Of a stretch of 64,000 nt of DNA, positions 60,842 through 64,000 are shown one piece after another. Position 1 is the first letter of the stretch; each line of letters starts with the position of its first letter. Under the pieces are notes generated by a model. The model did no database searches. It saw nothing but the letters and a program-made list of their open reading frames with translations, and was not told where the DNA came from. Where the stretch lies: the NCBI GenBank assembly GCA_964016885.1, contig OZ024740.1:9548001-9612000 (forward strand), in the 5' to 3' direction. The DNA comes from Eledone cirrhosa. Lineage: Eukaryota. Both the position numbers and the translations under genes were made by a program.

Positions 60842-60844
<3 letters not shown>
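57921..60844 (-). mobile_element. Penelope-like retroelement 1 with inverted terminal (pLTR) copy
   Basis: 57921-58135 mirrors 60586-60801 and encloses an RT + GIY-YIG ORF; bounded by (TA)n. Confidence 0.9.
58452..60590 (-). CDS. Penelope-like RT + GIY-YIG endonuclease
   Basis: SDKG, LIKTHK, RPIVS, SLDVVSLYT, GLPMGSSLS, RYVDD, LLDF; VVYRLEC..C..FYVDST..L..RIKEH (Gly of YIG replaced by Asp). Confidence 0.88.
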   Translation of the reverse strand: MANRLNNIPTLSTNRGEQDGTNTEPSGAPTNNTPDAKHLVTDLTGSLSREELDLLSLGPKFILKQRLDDKLWLDIETNFCRAAYQLKWISTLGNNTTESNKPRFPIYQLDRPLCPPPANRELEEKPSRLKHSVFNILRKQKKIAPNLSRTPQLALKNLRNRELIYLPSDKGKEFCVISQATYNNLAFEHLSDNELYTEIPDMTAAQIEKQTNSIWFDICKRRQLPNKVKLNYTTRNSILPTFYHLIKTHKNSTKTQIRPIVSSIEGPLYKISWVLSQVLKPLLSTFPGHVSSSDEVIRRLHQLQPEQLKLNRYAFSLDVVSLYTTVPAHPAVDLLTDCVVAEEIHCYDLHPADMHQLLSFTVDNTYFTFHHHTYRQTTGLPMGSSLSGLLAITYMNQLECRTLNTCHSHTFFTRYVDDILVLTSSREEADKIYTTFSSMDASIKFIMEHPDDRGSLSLLDFQLRVTEEGNIHTCFYKKAASRDLFVHFRSALPAGAKFGYIRNELTRIRNKCTDARDRDTHTTHFLEVLKLNGYTTSTTNRARKNRRHHTRGTNTCFLKLPHFSDETTTVIRRAIRREGLDIQLAHSGPSLRGQLTKRHSTRHDNCCRLANCPINDTDLCHQAYVVYRLECDKCSNFYVDSTTRPLHIRIKEHLNTDASSFKKHLVKCKNTDKTITVRIETKERNLGNLRIKKALIIDKTQPPINNRLELNT

Positions 60845-60878
<34 letters not shown>

Positions 60879-60969
60879 CGAAGGAAATGTGGTAAGGAAC
60901 CAGGTGGACCATAACGCACCAAAGTACTCAATACTTAGGGTAGTAGAGTGGGTAATAGGAACAAGTAAG

Positions 60970-61063
60970 ACCCCGACGGCTGAGCTCAAGCCGTTTCGAC
61001 GGCTAATTCTGTACTGAATGAAAATTTATTCTGGTATTTAAATAGCCGAACTTATCAAGGGGT
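60970..61063 (-). ncRNA. Type I hammerhead ribozyme in Penelope-like 3' region
   Basis: ACCCC-TTGATAA-G..CGGCTA[loop]TAGCCG.C-GAAA-CGGCT-TGAGCTC-AGCCG-TC^GGGGT: three pairing stems, GUC site, U3/A8 core. Confidence 0.75.
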
Positions 61064-62326
61064 AATTCCATATATGGTCAAAGAGATAATCACCAGGATT
61101 GGTCACATCACAAGTTAGTAGTAAATCTGTGATGGCATGTTGGTGGGGGAGGGGGTAGCTAAGCCTGCCGGTAGGAGAAAAAGGGAGAGGGGGTGGAGTA
61201 GACCCATTCATGCGTTGGTAGTGCCAGCTACAGCTGGGTGTGAGGTCAAAGAGGATACTGGGGAGGGGGAGGGGGAGGAGGTCGAAACGGTAAGTAGAAC
61301 AATGAAAGGTAAAACTATAAAAGGTACTGAGAGAGAAAAAAAATAAGCCAAATCTGGTTACTAAGACTTAAGTCTCTCGCTATTGCTAGGCTAAAGAAAT
61401 ACATAAATAAATAAATAAACAAATAAGTGAATAAAAGAATAGATAAATAAATTTTAAAAAAAATAAAAAAAACTATATATATATATATATAACGTAGAAT
61501 AAAAAAATAAATAATAATAATAGAAATAAACTAGGTGGGACGGAAATAAGGGGACCCTTATACGAGGTATAAGTGCGTGTATCGTACGGTGGCGGGTCAA
61601 CAAAGGGGGGGGGGGGGGGGCATGAATACTAAAAAGACTACCACGAAAATAATAAAGGTTTCTACCCCAATCACAGGGCCAGCAACCACCCAGTGCAAGA
61701 AAGTAAACTAGTACGAGAATATAATTCAGGGTCCCGCAAAAAAATACTAGTGCTAACTCTAAGGGTACCGCCACGAAACAAAAAGTCTTATACAAGCTAC
61801 ATGAAAGATCGTATGAAGTAAAAGTAAGCTACGGAAAGTTAATACAGGAACACACACCCCCCCTCCCCCCCCTCCCCCCCCAACAAAAAAAAAGGGAAAG
61901 AAGAAGAAAGAAATACTAGATAAACGAGAAATTAAAGCAAAGATGCCACTAAGAGATATAGAAGGCACGGAAAAAAGGGACAGCGGTCGGAGAGGGGGCG
62001 AGTATCCGAAGTCTAACACCTCTGCTATAAAAAGCGGAGTCAGCCAAATCTATCATAGAATAGGGGAGGGGTGGGGGTGCTGAAGCTACAAGGGACCGAT
62101 GGGCTACCTCGGGTGGGCGAGAAAAAGACGACGACAAAGAAAATGAAGGGATGGGGGAAGGAGGAAATATAGAGGAAGCGATAAAAGAATGTAAAAGAAG
62201 ATCTTACGTCTCCATTGGCAAGCGGGGGTTACCCATTACAAAATAGGCAAGTGGGGTGTTATAGCCCTAGTCTACCCCCCACCCCGGGTCATTATGGGGT
62301 TTGAGGGCGAGGTAAGTCCTACGTAA

Positions 62327-63799
62327 TCAGTGTTTACATGCAGTAACCAGTTCATCTTTCTTTAGGAGTTGGTCCGTCGAAAACAGCATTTGTAATGTTT
62401 CCTCCGAGCATAAATTGCACGGACGGCGTCCTCCCGTGTAAGAGTTGGCTCTGGACAGTAATTTCCAAGTGAGATCAGATCATAGTTAGTTGATGTTGTC
62501 CTTGAGATCCCATATGTGGACCGAAAGTGTAGTGGCGTGACGCCGGGCCGGGTTTCGGAAGGTATGTCTGTGTTGGTATAGCCGGGTCTTGAAGTCGCAT
62601 GCGGTTAATCCTATATAAGATTTATTGGAGGTGTCCGTGCTCACGTTGCACTGGTAGATCACATTACGGTCTCTGCATCTGTTGTCGAGGGGGCAACTGG
62701 ATCTATCAGGACAGTTGCACCTCCTGGTCGGCACTCCACTGCTATTTAGGTTGTTTCTTCCATCGGGGTTGAGTTTTTTGTTGTTGGAGGAGACGATGTT
62801 TTGTGCGAAGTTAGGTGTAGTGCTGTAAGAGAGTTTGATGGTATTTTTGTTAATTATGTTGTGGTAGCGGTGTTGTGGTGGGAAGTGTTTTTCAATGAGC
62901 CTAAAGAAAATTTTCCCGATGGGAGTTGTCACCTCGGCGTTGTGGGGGAGGATTGAACCATGTTACATTGCGTGAGTAGCGGTGTCGCCTGCTGGTTCCG
63001 CTAATGGGAGCTGGACAGTAGGATATTTCCTCCCGGAAACCACTCCGCTTGAGGGCCTGGTTGTAGTAAGGCGCATGTTCATCGAATATCTTCTCATTAG
63101 CTGACAAACGGGATATACGGAGGGAGATGTTTTTGACCAGGTTGTTGGTGATGTTCCTAGGATGGTTAGATCGGCGGTGGATGTAGTGCAGGTTGTCATT
63201 GGGTTTCCTGTATGGGTAGTACAGGTCATTATTGAGATCGAGGGTAACGTCCAGGAAATTAACTCGGGTCAGGGACGTTTGTAGGGTTATTTTAAATCCC
63301 CAGTCGCGGAAGAAGCTGATTAATTGTTTACGGACCCGATCTGTACTACTGGGGTTGTACCCTTTAAGGGTAAGGAGCCCATCATCACGGTACAATCCAC
63401 CACCGAAAGCAGGAAACATATCGGTGAATTTGGCTATAAGGAATAATCCTATAAGATCTGTGACCTCCGCCGAATCAGTAGCGCCCATGCTGACGTCGAA
63501 GGGTGAGTCGGGAGCTCTTTTTATCCATTTGGAGTTGTCAAAGAGTAAGACTGTCTTCCTGGCGTGGAGGATGATTTTTCTTTCCTGGTCGGTGATGGGC
63601 ACAAGTGCTTCGGCGAAGTCCAAGGCGGCAGTAAGTAGCGGTAAAGTGATTGAAGCATAGTAGCTCTCTATGTCGAACTGGATAAATTTAGTGTCTCGTT
63701 TATCCTCCAAATTGCTGAACCATGAGATAACTTCCTGGGTGTTGATCCATAGGCTAAGTCGGGCGTGTTGCTTGACTTTTGGTATCACGCGGTCTAGGA
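62327..63799 (-). pseudogene. Penelope-like RT + Cys-rich linker + GIY-YIG, disrupted
   Basis: FDIESYY, MGA...E, LYRDDGL, NFLDV, WFNPP; CNC....CPL...C; VIYQC...YIGLT; CNLC. Frameshift near 62945 and stops near 62486. Confidence 0.85.
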
Positions 63800-64000
63800 T
63801 TTTTTTTTTTTTAATTTATTTATCTATTCTTTTATTCACTTATTTGTTTATTTATTTATTTATGTATTTCTTTAGCCTAGCAATAGCGAGAGACTTAAGT
63901 CTTAGTAACCAGATTTTGCTTGTTTTTTTTCTCTCTCAGTACATTTTATAGTTTTACTTTTCATTGTTCTACTTACCGTTTCGACTTCCTCCCCCTCCCC

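Larger units (their letters stand above)
60875..64000 (-). mobile_element. Penelope-like retroelement 2, 5'-truncated with inverted 3'-region copy running off the window
   Basis: RT/GIY-YIG ORF pieces; 63800-64000 mirrors ~61265-61460; the 3' end abuts (TA)n. Confidence 0.88.

Overview
Eukaryotic, repeat-dominated DNA. The SINEs, (TA)n tracts and LINE tails resemble those of octopus/cephalopod genomes; this is an inference and was not verified. Bases 1-~39,780 are an 18-bp satellite (consensus GGTAT[A/G]TCAGTTTC[G/T]ATT). It shows mosaic blocks, then a ~2.5-2.7 kb higher-order repeat, then a diverged edge. Ten RTE-clade LINE insertions interrupt it: three distinct families plus a tail-only insert, including one full-length copy with an intact 1076-aa APE-RT-PHD ORF. 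All nine same-orientation insertions join their (GAT)n tail at the same base of the 18-mer, and the single reverse insertion uses the mirror position of a pseudo-palindrome. The remaining 24 kb hold the terminal exon of an SDR (retinol dehydrogenase-like) gene and several tRNA-derived SINEs. They also hold a near-intact Tx1-like LINE nested in a minisatellite inside a TTAA/piggyBac-type MITE, and an R4-like relic that spawned a 57-bp minisatellite. Two Penelope-like elements with inverted terminal copies lie near the end, along with several long palindromes that carry hammerhead ribozyme motifs, one with a U3-A8 covariant core.
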